DNA of 64,000 nucleotides from Macrostomum lignano (lineage: Eukaryota). How positions within the stretch are numbered: position 1 is the stretch's first letter; each line of letters starts with the position of its first letter. A model generated the notes under the pieces. That model made no database searches. It was not told the DNA's origin and saw nothing but the letters and a program-made list of their open reading frames with translations. The stretch lies in the NCBI GenBank assembly GCA_002269645.1, contig NIVC01002124.1:1-64000 (forward strand), written 5' to 3'. Made by a program: the position numbers and the translations under genes. Below are positions 13,501 through 25,735 of the stretch, piece by piece.

Positions 13501-15389
13501 GCGCGCCTGCCGGGTCATGAATGGCAGCAGTAGCCGGTCGTAGCCGTCCTTGAAAGCGGAGCGGAGGAATTCGGCGACATTGTCGGGACGGTTGGCCGAT
13601 AGGAATCTAAAAAAGGAGAAAAACAGTCCTTTAGATTACTTAGTCGGTAACTTGAAAGTAGCTAGCTAGCCTATTACCCATAGCTTGGAATACCTCAAAG
13701 GAAAGGAAAGTTCTCCCAGTATGTTAGCTTGTTTCATGTTTTTATCTTTGTAATTTAAATGCATTTTGCTATCTAGAACCAGAGTATAACTTTAATAGCT
13801 TGAATAAAAAGATCTGATCTGAGCGATTCTCTATGAGCATTTGAAAGCTGCGACCAATACCGCAATACCCAATGACTCAGTCTTGGTGCCTTAAGAATAC
13901 CCAATGACTCCACAAGCCTTAGCATCTGAGCAATACCCAATGACTCCACAAGCCTTAGCATCTGAGCAATACCCAATGACTCCACAAGCCTTAGCATCTG
14001 AGCAATACCCAATGACTCCACAACCCTTAGTATCTGAGCAATACCCAATGACTCCACAAGCCTTAGCATCTGAGCAATACCCAATGACTCCACAAGCCTT
14101 AGCATCTGAGCAATACCCAATGACTCCACAACCCTTAGTATCTGAGCAATACCCAATGACTCCACAAGCCTTAGCATCTGAGCAATACCCAATGACTCCA
14201 CAATCCTTAGCATCTGAACAATACCCAATGACTCCACAAGCCTTAGCATCTGAGCAATACCCGATGACCCCGCCGCTAGCCTTAATTAACATCTTAGCAA
14301 TACCCGATGACCCCGCCGCTAGCCTTAATTAACATCTTAGCAATACGAAATGGCTCAGGATATATTTTCCCAAACCTATTCAAAGACCATTTAAGCTAGC
14401 TACAGGATCACACGACTGCATAAGCGGACGCACCTGCGATGCAGATGCAGACAGTAAAGCTTGTACACCTGCTCGGGAAACTCCAGTTTAACAGTTAACA
14501 ATTTCTTAGCCTCAAATCGATTTATTTTCAGTATCTGATGAGCGCGCAGGTGTTTAACATTGCAACGAAACTGCTCGCCATATTGGCCAAGCTTTTGCGC
14601 GTCTCGAACTAAGCGAGCAGCATCTGGCGCCGACAGAGACTGTTGCTGTTGTTGCTTCTGCCGCGACTTGTCTCCAGTCAGCAGCTTGTTGGCTAAGCGG
14701 CTGCGCTGACTGCACAGAAACGGGGCGTACAAAGTGCACAGCCGTTCCAGTTCCGCTAGCACTTCCGAGTCCTTAGCAACAGCATCCGCTACGATGTGGC
14801 GCATGCCAGCTAGACGCTGCTCATCAACTGAGCCTAGCGATGAACATTCGCCTTTGAGTAGGGCCAGCGCCGGCGCCTCCAGACCCTGTTGGCGAGCGCG
14901 CTGCGCCAATGTGGCGCCGCCGCTATCAGCGGATTTCTTACTAATTAGCGGCTCGGAAGCGGCCAGGTAGGCCACCTGCTGAGGCCGGGTGCAGCTGCGC
15001 AGCGCTTGCAGCAGGCTGGGTGCCAAGCCGGCGCCACCACTGCCACCGCCGCTGCTCTGCACTTTTTCAATTTTTTTCACCGTCTTCTTAACCAGCTCTG
15101 TGACTTCCATTAGTTCTTCGTAGCGCTCCTTGACCTGGCGCAGGACTTCAGTTGGCGCGTCTCTGGTCTGATCGCGCCTATATCGGGCTATAAATGGCAC
15201 AGTGGCGCCCTGGCTGAGCAGGCCGGCCAGATTGCGCGCTACTCGCGGCTCCAATCGGTAGCGCTGCTCTGCCGCCGATTCGCAATAGTACTCATCTTGG
15301 CTGAGCACCTCGGCGACTGTCCACGACACGGAGGCTGTGTTGCTGGTCACAGCCGCCGCTGCCGTAGTGACTGCAGACTTTGATGCCAT
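10535..15389 (-). CDS. SRBD1: S1 RNA-binding domain protein 1 (Tex-like; ~846 aa, 5 exons)
   Basis: Exons 14434-15389, 13213-13606, 12291-12473, 11471-11818 and 10535-11194 have GT-AG boundaries and total 2541 nt in frame. Motifs [52 protein letters not shown], HhH ([15 protein letters not shown]) and a C-terminal S1 domain. Confidence 0.93.
11240..11370. repeat. ~38-bp tandem repeat (3 copies) in SRBD1 intron 4
   Basis: Repeated GAGAGTGGGACACTGATTCACCTGGGTATGGT. Confidence 0.85.
11990..12090 (-). mobile_element. tRNA-derived SINE-like interspersed repeat (copy 1)
   Basis: Reverse complement CCCAGTGGTCTGGCGCGGCGCTCTGATGTGCCAGCGGTCCAGGCTCGATTCC is near-identical to 44568-44619. A-box-like TGGTCTGGCGCGG and B-box-like GCTCGATTCC. 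Confidence 0.6.
12547..13145. repeat. G/T-rich variable-unit minisatellite (core GTCTGTGGTTTGGGGGACAG) in SRBD1 intron 2
   Basis: Tandem units of about 20-37 bp. Source of repetitive spurious ORFs. Confidence 0.93.
13900..14345. repeat. 36-bp minisatellite in SRBD1 intron 1
   Basis: CAATACCCAATGACTCCACAAGCCTTAGCATCTGAG x~10, followed by a short 2-copy repeat. Confidence 0.95.
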
Positions 15390-16519
15390 GAATTATGTTA
15401 TGTTTGCTGATTATTCATCTTAAAATCTTTTAAAACTTGCCAAAAATTTGGACTTGCTCCATGAGCCAGCTACTTGTTAAAGTCCAGAGTGAGTGAGAAT
15501 ACCACTCGATGCCCTTAGTGTAGCAAGGCCTCTATACTAAACCATGACCAAACTTACCTAATTAAGCCACATATTAAACTAAAGGTTATGAATTTATTGA
15601 GAATTTACTTACTACTTGGATGTGTTATTTCCCTAAAAGATTTTTACTTAGACAGACAGTTGCGAAAGAACTAATGAAAATCTGCCATTATGAAATATCG
15701 GCCTTCAAAGATTTCCTTCAATGCATCGTATTATTACCGAAGTAGTTGGTTCGCTGCCACTCAAAGTCAAAACCAAAGGCGACAGTCGATTCACAGTCAT
15801 TCATGAACACGGATAGAGGGGGCATGATCGACTTGCTTATTAGGCATGTACGCTCTATGTGCCTTGAGGGTTAGCCAACGAGTGACTGTAGCTAATTTTT
15901 CACGAGAGCCCAAAATTGATGGGACTGCCCAAGCATGCGAACCCGGGTTCTTAGCCGGGTCTGTACGCTAATGGCCCACCTATGCAATAACAACTTATTT
16001 ACAAAATGTTTTTACTGTCGATAAAACACTTAAAGCAGTCTAATAATGTAGAAAATAATTCTAAGAAAAAAACGCTTGAAATACTTGAAACAGAACTTAA
16101 AGAGAAAAATATATAAATCAACTACTTTGTATTTTGTAAGCACAAGAGAAGTAAAAATGATGCAGCACCAAACAACCACCAAGCCATAGGAACTGCAGTA
16201 ATATAGGAAGGAACACAGTATTCAGTGCAATGAATCTTGTGATATTAAGATTCTATGGAGTCTTAGAGATGAGATAAGAGAGCCTCACATCAATGATTTT
16301 TGCGGGATCACACGTGAGCTTGGGCAGGCGAAAGATTTCATTTATAAAGGAACTAACAAGATAAAATAATAGATATTATATATAATTAACTAGAAATGCG
16401 CACTCGCAATTAATGTTGTGAAAAAGTCGAGCATTTACCTTTATTTTCCAGTAGTTTGTCTGCGCGGTGTCGCTTAAAATTATTCTGTCAGCTAAAATTT
16501 TCTTTCCTTCCTTGGGTTT

Positions 16520-17285
16520 TTTGCCTCACGACCATGCGTATGGGGTTCAGAATTAACAGCAAGCATTTAACTCAATGTGCACAAGTGAACGGAAGGCGGA
16601 CGAAACTCAGTCAAGGCAGCAGGTCCAATCTAGCTCAGCCAATGAGAGAGCAGTAAGGAGAAAGGTCAGTCTGGGGAGGGGGGCAGGCCCAATCTAGCTC
16701 AGCCAATGAGAGAGCAGTAAGGAGAAAGGTCAGTCTGGGGAGGGGGGCAGGCCCAATCTAGCTCAGCCAATGAGAGAGCAGTAAGGAGAAAGGTCAGTCT
16801 GGGGAGGGGGGCAGGCCCAATCTAGCTCAGCCAATGAGAGAGCAGTAAGGAGAAAGGTCAGTCTGGGGAGGGGGGCAGGCCCAATCTAGCTCAGCCAATG
16901 AGAGAGCAGTAAGGAGAAAGGTCAGTCAGACCACAAGCGGGCAAGATTTATCAGCGTGGCTACGCATTTTCTTTCTGAATAAATTTAAAAAAAACACTGG
17001 ATTACAGTTTTCAAGTTCTGCAATCTTCAGGCTTATATTAATTTCTTTTGACATATTATCGAGTCTAAGGCAGTCTGGAGTCAGTAAAGCTGGGTGAAGA
17101 TGCTAATATAATGGATCTGTTTGTAGAAAGCCAGAAGCAATTGTTGCAGCTTCAAAAGCTTGTAAAACATTGTAAATTTTTAAAAAAGTTTTTTAGTGTT
17201 ACAATCTAAAGACAAAAGCGCTAGTGTTGTCACTGAAAAAGTATATAAGTGCATTTTTTGCGAGTGACATCTCTAGTTATTCTAG
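16520..17285 (+). mobile_element. Non-autonomous interspersed element with an internal 64-bp tandem repeat (5 copies, 16621-16927)
   Basis: Homologous segments at 42665-43105 (+) and 48330-48550 (-). Shared motifs GCCCAATCTAGCTCAGCCAATGAGAGAGCAGTAAG, CTGCAATCTTCAG and TTTTGCGAGTGACATCT. Confidence 0.7.
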
Positions 17286-17623
17286 CTAGTACGAGTACGA
17301 GCTATCTGTGGATACAAATAAAAAGGCGGCCAACAAAAGAAAGTAAAGCAGTTATAGGACCGGGAAAGTAAACAGCAATTCAAACAGATACTCCTCCACT
17401 GGTAAATAGCAACGAAGAAAAATTCGTTCCTAACAGTTAAACTAATAGATCAAATGCAGCGACAGCAATTTGAGAATGCCTAATATTTCTAAGACAGTTT
17501 TGCAGACAACAATGTCTCATTGTGCTAAGGATCAAGAGAAGGCCGACTTGGTGCCACGTATTCTGAAATGGGTCAATGTTATTTTACTGTTTAATAAAGG
17601 CTCACTGTTTCCTACTTTAGAGA

Positions 17624-18040
17624 CCCGGTGAGAGCAGGTAACACAGGTGAAATAGGAAAGGACTCTAGACGACTCTAAAACGACAATATGCCCCGCTAAA
17701 AGTCGCCAAAAAGTCGTCAAAGAGACAGTTTGAGGCGTTTTATTGTCTGCGACTCTGAAACGACTCTGGGACCGTAAAGTCGCATCTGCGTCACTTTATG
17801 AGTTAGAATCGCATTTATAACAAATCTATAAGTCTATTTGGGTTAGTAGAAAGTTAAGAGCTAACTCGACTCTTGGACGACTTATTTGCGACTTCTCTAC
17901 GATTCTACAACTCACGTGATGCGCTCGTGACTCAAAAGTCGCCTCTCCATCGCATTGCAATCATCGAGTTGTTTAAAATCATAAGCCACCCTGAGTCGCA
18001 GGAGTTGTTTGCAATGACTATTTAGCGATTCTTTTCAGGG
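17624..18040. mobile_element. Possible non-autonomous DNA element with dense GCGACTC/GAGTCGC subterminal motifs (CMC/EnSpm-like)
   Basis: CCC..GGG ends and many short motifs in both orientations. Ends are imperfect. Confidence 0.3.
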
Positions 18041-18285
18041 TAACGTTTCTAACGGGAGATGTATCTCATTCTTTAATTCAGATGACTGACTAGGAATATT
18101 ATAAGTCCTCTTAGGTCATGGCTGTTTTACCAGGCATCTCTACCTCTACTTTAAATGCCCATTCTGCCTCTCCGGTGTCGAGAATGCGGAGAATTTCATC
18201 GGTGAACGCCCCGCCTTTACTCAGAACAGGCTCACCTACCTCGACCCAAACCTCGGCTCAAAAACTCAAAGTGGGCGCTAGCATG

Positions 18286-21200
18286 CTATAAGATGAAGCT
18301 TAATTCACTCTTAACCCAGGTTCCATCAAGAGAGACTTTTAACAGTTTAAACTCACCCTCTTCCTTGTATTTGTTATCGGAAGCATGTAGATCTTTGAAG
18401 GAATCAACTACGCCAATGATAAAATAATGAGTCTTGTCCTGACGCACCATGTCTTTGCAGGATTGCACGTCTAAATAGTCTTTTAAAGCGTCTGTTGTTC
18501 TAATGTAGTCTTGGATGCTGGAAACTAGGCTAGGACCGACACCAATCATACTGCAATAGTGCAGCGGCATCAGCTGGGCCAACGCGTTGGACAAGGCGCA
18601 GAGTAGCTGGAGGGATTTTGGAAATATAGTGCATCAATTACTTGTCAGATACGAGCGTAGGAATGCCGAGCCACCCATCTTAATCGTGAACCCTTTATAA
18701 TTATTTGATCAGTTACTGTAAGTAGCAAAATATGAGTTTTTAGCGCAATTTAGCATTCGCAGCAAATATTTTCAATTTTTTTACCTTAAAGAAGCACCTG
18801 TCCCGGCAGTCGCGATTGAGTAGAGTCAGACCGATATCGGGTTTGTGCAGTCTCTCCATGGCGATGCACTCGCGTATGAGACAGTTAATTGCATTGATAA
18901 GATGCAGCAGAGCCGGTTCCGGTCTGGTGTCAGGCCGGAGCTCAAGGCTCAAGACCAGTTCAGCAATACGGCAGGGATCTGCGAATTGCACATTTATGAC
19001 ACTGAATGTTGAATGGGCCACTGATGTGTCACTGATGTGGGACTGAACGTGCTATTAATTTGCTATTTTTATGGTACTGAATCAAAGATGACATTGAGCG
19101 GGTACTGAATACTGATACAGGAGCGAAAAACGAAATTTCGAAAGTCGCTTATTTAAAATACTGTAATAAAAAAGACTCACCATTGTGCTCAGCCAAAGTG
19201 ACGTAGCCGTCCTGTCTGGAGTGCACAAGCGTGAGTATCTTCACGTACAGGGTGACAGTGGGCAAGTAGCGCGATCGTACAAGCCGCTGACGCACTTCCG
19301 CATCCAGGCCGGTGCAGAAAAACTCAACTAATTGGTGACGCCGGTTTTCAGGCAGGCGCAGCAGTAGATAATGCAACACCTGCAGGCAGCAGTGCAGAGC
19401 TTCCGCATCGCAGTCAGTCACATGGTCGCCTGGAAGCAGGCGGACCAATTCGAATACATCGGCCACCAAAGCGGTCTCTCGTCGGCCAACATTGCGCAAC
19501 AGGCCGAGCGCCGCTTCGTCAGACAGCTGGCAGAGCCGCCACAGCTGGCGCAGGGCGTCCAGTCCCAACTGAGCCAGCTGCACTGGCGTCGGCATCGATC
19601 GTCGTGTAGGCGACGCGTCGGCCGAGGAGAAACCGCCGCCATCGACGGAACTGAAAGAATCGTCGGCTGAGCCGGCAGCGTCGAGCGACAAGGCCAGCTG
19701 CCTGGCGCACACGCCGGGGCTGGAGCCGCGCAGCCGCAGCGCCATCAGGTAGCCGGAGAGGCGGCTGCGAATCGGCGCCAAAAGTCGCTCAGCTTCGGCA
19801 GGTCCGCAGTTGGAGCTGGTCGAACTGTCCGACACCAGCGTCGGATCCAGCTCTCGCGTAGTCAGCCTAGCTAAGCAGTCTAAAGCGTCGGTAACTTTGC
19901 TGCGAGCATTCGGCGACCAAGCCGCGGCCGGCATGTCGTTCAGTATGTCGCCTGGCAGCAGGCGCTGATGCTGGAACTGCTGCGGCCGAGTCAGACAGCG
20001 AATAGCTCTGTCCGCGGTGGAGCACTGGACCAGCAGGCCCGGGTACAGAGCCAGTAGCTCGGCGCGACGCTTATGCCAGCCGGCCGACTCGGGCTGCTGG
20101 GAAACCGCTGGCCAAGTGTCCGAATCGTCCGATTCACCCGGCGTAGCCGACATTGAAGCGGCGACGTCCTCGTTCTCATCAAATTCCATGTCCTCAGTTG
20201 TGACTGAAGCGGTTGGGGAACCCGCTGGTATGGAATGAGGCGGCGGAGGCGGCGGCTGCTGCTGCTGTTGCTGCTGCGGTCGCAGAGGAGTGTGCGGCGA
20301 GCGCATACTCAAGGGCACAGGTCCAGATACAGGACTGCGGCTGCAAAAACTGGCCATGCTAGGGAATTGCTGCTGCTGGAACTGTGGCTGAAAAAACTGC
20401 GTGGCCGGTATTACATCACGATTTGTTAGCTGGGAAAACTGAGTTTGCTGCTGCTGCTCTTCCCTCTTGCGCAGTCGAATACTAAGAGATTGATTCTCAG
20501 ATTGCAGCGATTCAATCTCTTTAGCGCTGAAAGTTCGTTCTGTCTCCAATTTTCTAACGTCTAATTCGGCTTTCTGCCTGGCAGCCCGCTCGTTGGCCAG
20601 GGTCTGCTTTAACGCCTCAACGGATTCGTTCAAAGCCACGTACTGGCCCTGTACAGTGTGCAGGCGATCGCGCAACTCTGCGACAGCATCGGGCCCGGAA
20701 GGTTTTCGCATAGTGCTAGCCGAAACAGCAGCAGCGGCGGCAGCAGAGCCGCCGGCGGAATACCTGACCGTGGATCCGGACTGCGAAGGTGCGACTGCTG
20801 GCGCCGCGTGCGCCTGCGGCGGCGGATGCCTACGCGTCTGAAAATTATAGTACTGCGACGATGAGGTTGACGAAGTCGGCCGAGGACAGGCGGGAGCAGC
20901 AGCGGATGCACCGGCGGCGCCTGAGGCGTATCTGATGCCGGAGGCTGCCTGGTTGGATACGGAGCGGCGAATTGTCGGACTAGAGGCCACGGTTGGTCTC
21001 GGCTGCTGCGGTTGCTGATGAGGCTGCTGGGCGGGTAGCTGGAGCTGCTGCTGATGCTGCTGCGGCTGACTAGGATGCGAGCTTCTCCGATTAAATTTAT
21101 AATCGACAACAGAGATATTTTGCGAGCAGATCTGATCGAATTCTCGAACAAAATCGTCATCATCAAAGATGTTATCGTCGCCCCAAGGATCCTCCTCGTT

Positions 21201-21356
21201 GCCAATCTTATTAGCATTACTAATAATTGCATTATTATTGTTATTGCCGTGGCCGCCGCCGCTGCTACTAGAAGCTGCGCCGCCAGTGGTCGGAGGTCCC
21301 GCGGTCGATGCCGCGCGGGCATCGAATCTAAACCGCTTTGACGGCGGCTCGGCCAT
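18286..21356 (-). CDS. ATRIP: ATR-interacting protein (ATRIP)-like
   Basis: Exon 1 19181-21356: MAEPPSKRFR..EEDPWGDD..FDQICSQ plus a coiled coil (KLETERTFSAKEIESLQ) resemble ATRIP. In-frame exons 18785-19020 and 18286-18606 are plausible but less certain. Confidence 0.72.
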
Positions 21357-21569
21357 GTTTTTAGCGCGCTGCGAGCTGTCTATGGCAATTCCAGAATATT
21401 GGGGGGGGGGGGTAAAGTTAGCAGTCAATGGACTAATCCAAGGAATTCTAAATCCTACTAGATTTAGAATTTCTTGACTAATCATATCAAACACAGTTCC
21501 TAACACTTTAACTCTAAAATTTGACTCAATTCGAAGTTACCAGCCTAGTATTTGGGCTAGGTCTCTACC

Positions 21570-21745
21570 TTTGGGCTACACCCCTAACCCTTGGGCTACA
21601 CCCCTAACCCATGGGCTACACCCCTAACCCATGGGCTACACCCCTAAGCCATGGGCTACACCCCTAACCCTTGGGCTACACCCTTAGCCCTTGGACTACA
21701 CCCTTAGCCCTTGAGCCACATCCTTAAGCCTTAGGCTACACATTC
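21570..21745. repeat. 20-bp minisatellite (GGGCTACACCCCTAACCCWT)
   Basis: About 8 tandem copies. Confidence 0.9.
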
Positions 21746-21824
21746 CTTGGGCTACCGCCTACATACTTGATTATTAGTATATACTCGACTCTGTATATCC
21801 CTGACATTTAAGCTTGGAATAGGC

Positions 21825-22115
21825 CTCTGACCCTTGAACTCGACCCCTGACCCATGGACTCGACCCTGACCCTTAGACGACTAGACCCCTGACCCTTGGA
21901 CTGGACTCCTGACCCTTGGACTCGACCACTGACCCTTGGACTCGACCTCTGACCCTTGGACTCGACCCCTGACCCTTGGACTCGACTCCTGACCCTTAAG
22001 ACGACTAGACCCCTGACCCTTGAACTCGACTCCTGACCCTTGGACTAGACCCCTGACCCTTGGACTCGATCCCTGACCCTTAGACTCGACGCCTGACCCT
22101 TGGACTAATCCCCCG
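21825..22115. repeat. 20-bp minisatellite (GACCCTTGGACTCGACCCCT)
   Basis: About 13 tandem copies with variants. Confidence 0.9.
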
Positions 22116-23175
22116 ACTTTTTACTACCCTAATACTATCACACGTATTTACGTAAATTCAATCAACAAGCCTAAATAAGACTAAAAAATTCAGGTATTGT
22201 ATGCGTATGCAGCTATATTTGCTATTGTTTCCGCAGTGCCAAAACTGAACCTAAAAAAAGTTTTAAAAAGAGAATATATATATATGATAAATTATCAAAT
22301 AGAGGCGTAACGAACTCAATACATGCAATAATCGATTAGTATCAATAGAAACAATAATTGGCAGTGCGAGCCTAGAGGCTGGTGTTAGACTTGGTAGCAA
22401 TACCTAATAAACCAATTGACACTGCCCAGCAGACAATGATTAAATAGTCAGGCGGATTACATAAAAAGTGCATCGAATTCAATCTAAGTCTTATCTCATA
22501 AACTGTTGATTTACGATGCGATCCAGTTTAAACTTGAGGTGCAAATTTCTAAATTTGAGGTGTTAAAAAATTCCGAGTAAAGTACATTACATACTACTGT
22601 TTACCAACCTTGACTGTGCTACATAGTAGTACTCAGAAAGAATCGCTACAAAAATGGACCGGAAGCGTGAATATTTTAATTACTAAGCATATAGTGGATT
22701 AGTAAAGCAACAAGACAGTCCACTAGATAACAGAAATAAACACAAAAACATTGATTTGAAAGTTTGAAACCAAACGCATGCAGAATACGGAAACGGGGGT
22801 GATCAAATCGGCTGAGAGGTGAGTACAGATCGATTTATATATATAATATATTGGTTTAAGGCTTGGATATGCGATTCCTTTCAGTTACTAGTAGGCGCAG
22901 GTAGCAACCATTCAACCAAGTTTTGCCAAAGACTCCCCCGTCCAGTTTGTTGAAAACTGAAAACCGTATCCATAGCGGAATCCTTCCCGTTGCTATGCAG
23001 CTAGATATAAAAGAATTACTTCGACTCGCAAACTGTAGTCGGTGTGGCAAAAAGGCTAAGGGGTAAGAAAAAAGGCAGAATATTGGGATTTAGCAAGTAA
23101 TTAAAAAAGCACAGACACGCCCAGTCTAGTTGTGCATCCAGATTCCAAATACTGTTCATTCTCTTCTTGTGAGAA

Positions 23176-23619
23176 TCAGCCGCTCATGATATTCCTGACC
23201 AGATCTTCGTAATTTATGTTGCCATGAATGTCGTCCATGCCAGCCAGCAGCTGTTCCACCTCTTCGTCCTTGAGCTTCTCCCCTAGCGAGGTCAACAGGT
23301 GGCGCAGCTCGGCGGCGCTAATAGTGCCATTCTGGTCTTTGTCGAACACGCGGAAACCGTCGATAAATTGTTCGGGCTTCACTTTGTCGGCATTCTTAGC
23401 CAAGTCTTTGTAGATTGGTAGAAATGTTTCAAAAGTGATGCGCGTGTCCGGCTGTTTATCGTAGCCGGCCTTCTTAATCTCGGCTTCGGTCGGATTGAGG
23501 CCCAGAGCGCGAACAACTTCGCCAATTTGGCGGGCCTCGATTTTCTCGTCGCCGCGAATGTCAAATAGGCGAAAAGTGTCGCGAATCTCTTCAGTATCAA
23601 GCTCCGGCATCCTTGACAT
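23176..23619 (-). CDS. Myosin essential light chain (non-muscle MYL6/Mlc-c-like), intronless CDS, 147 aa
   Basis: [76 protein letters not shown]. Confidence 0.93.
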   Translation of the reverse strand: MSRMPELDTEEIRDTFRLFDIRGDEKIEARQIGEVVRALGLNPTEAEIKKAGYDKQPDTRITFETFLPIYKDLAKNADKVKPEQFIDGFRVFDKDQNGTISAAELRHLLTSLGEKLKDEEVEQLLAGMDDIHGNINYEDLVRNIMSG

Positions 23620-25139
23620 TATATTAGAGTTTTGACTGTCCGCCAAGCAGCGGGGAAGCAAGATTAGGTGGTGACTATTAGTTTGCAGAGGGTTTAGGGC
23701 ACTGCTGCAAATCACAGGCGACAGTTGGCCAGTCAGGGGGAAGCGGATATGCACATTCCACTGGCCACTGAGCATTTTGTCAGGAGCGTGCACTCTGCAT
23801 GTTGGACGTTAGCATTCATGGGAACAAATCGCACAAGGTCTTATTGAATTTTAGAAGATACCACAGATACTAAACAGCTATATACGTCACTTACAAAATT
23901 GTGCTTATTTACTGTTTCTCTCTTAATAGCAAAATTTGCATTTTTTGCTCATTTTGTCCATTTAAAAAACATTTCTTATGACAAGGCCTTTAGGGTAAAA
24001 AAACTTATAAGTATTGCTAAAAAATCTAAGTAATTCCTAAAGTTACTAAAGGAACTTATGTTGGTAAAAAATGTCTCCATGATCCACAAATGCAAGACTA
24101 TCTCTACATAGCATGCAATCATTTTAATAAATATTTAAATGTGTAATCATTTTGACTAAAGCATTTATATGAATATATATATAAATTGCCAAGTGAAAAA
24201 CAGCCTATTGAAGAAAATTGATGACACTGGCAAGATATACAAGATTAAGCAAGATAGCCTAAGCAGGAAAGAATTTGCCACCAACATCAACTTGAAAATG
24301 AGACCAATAGTCCATACCTAAAGAGAGAATTTGTTGTCAACCAGACCAATTAATGAGTGGCCAATGTTGTGGCCAATAGCTAAATTTAAAATTGTTGAGG
24401 CTGCTAACCAGATGAAAATGAGATGAAGATGAAAAACATATTAACAATATAAAAGATAAGACTAACAGTTATATAAGCAACAAGGCAAGCAACCAATTGA
24501 CAGATAAGAGAATAATGATTTGACAAGAAAACTAATAACAAATGCTATGATAGCATAGCATTTGCCAGCCTAACTAAATTTAATTCTAATTTCTAATCTG
24601 TATTATAGGTATTTTTATCCTTGTGTGCAGGCAAGTTTCCACTAATCATTATTTTCTATTGATTTTTGAAACTTTATTTTTTGTCAAAACATTTTTTGAA
24701 TGTTTCAACCCCTGGAAATTTTTCTTTTCCCCCAATCTTTGTCTATATGTCATTTTTATGGTTGCTGTCTTGTCCTTGTCCCAGTTGTGGTTTTCCATTT
24801 TCTCACCTTTGGCTTTGTTTTGCCCTATTTTTGGTTGCTTAATATTTTGTCATTGCTTCCTTCTTAACTTTGCTTGTGCCCAACTCTTTGTCCACCTTTT
24901 GTTCTGTGCTTGTTCAAGTCCTGTCCTATGAGTTGGAATTGTTATTTTTGCCTATATATTTATATTTTGTCTCCAATGCTAATGTCAGTATGCTGTTGGT
25001 CTCTCTCTCTACTCAGTTACATTTGATTAACCAGATTCTGTCAACTAAGTGACCATATTTTATTTGGCCTCTGTGCACTGTGGCTCTGCCAGATTTATTT
25101 GGTCTCATGTCTCGTGATAATATGAGCTAGCCAGTCCTA

Positions 25140-25735
25140 GAAAAGTGAGTTTTATTTAGTCAGCAGACGGGTTTTACCATAGACTATAGTAAAGAAATTA
25201 AATTAATTTAGTCAAGGTTCTCTAAATCTCTTTCATAACTTTTATTAAGTCAAAGTGAATTTTATTTAGTCGTTATATCTTTGAGAAAAACACAAATGAA
25301 CACAACACAACACAAGACACAACAGATTATTGTTACGACGCTTCACTTTTTAACTCAATCAACGATGTCTTTGATGTCTTTCGTGGCAATGCAGCGGGGT
25401 ATGTATCAAAGACTCTCACGATGCCAGGCTTCACAGTGAGGCAGCTGCTATACTGACCTCCAGTTCATGCTTAAGAAACAGAGAATAAGGTGATAAAGGC
25501 TTGAACTCTTGCTCTACCTCCATGGCTAATGGATTCCAATGGGCACAAGCATTGTCAAATAGAAGGCAGAATGACTAATGAACCAATGCAGACCGTTTAG
25601 CCATGAACTCTGCAACCAAACTCTGCAAGCCATGAACTCTGCCACCATTATGACTAAATAAAATTCACTTTGACAAAAATCAAGTCATGGAAGGGTTTAA
25701 ATACGAGTAATGACTAAATTAACTTCATTTATATC
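25140..25735. mobile_element. MITE-like foldback with nested inverted repeats
   Basis: GTCAAAGTGAATTTTATTTAGTC (~25249) pairs with its reverse complement at ~25652-25674. Weaker outer pair at ~25195 and ~25720. Confidence 0.5.

Noticed and set aside
19371-21477. Many short overlapping or antisense ORFs over ATRIP (likewise over SRBD1, MCM4, TGS1 and the transposases)
   Set aside because: Shadow ORFs of GC-rich coding DNA with no recognisable motifs.
21357-21506. 50-aa N-terminal extension of the ATRIP ORF
   Set aside because: Starts at a non-ATG codon, crosses a poly-G run, and is AT-rich. ATRIP similarity begins at MAEPPSKR (21356).
21570-21745. Interstitial telomere (CCCTAA motifs)
   Set aside because: CCCTAA occurs at most once per 20-bp unit and not as a tandem hexamer array.
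23620-23793. 58-aa extension of the myosin light chain ORF
   Set aside because: Non-ATG start and no EF-hand-family similarity. The canonical length is obtained from the ATG at 23619.
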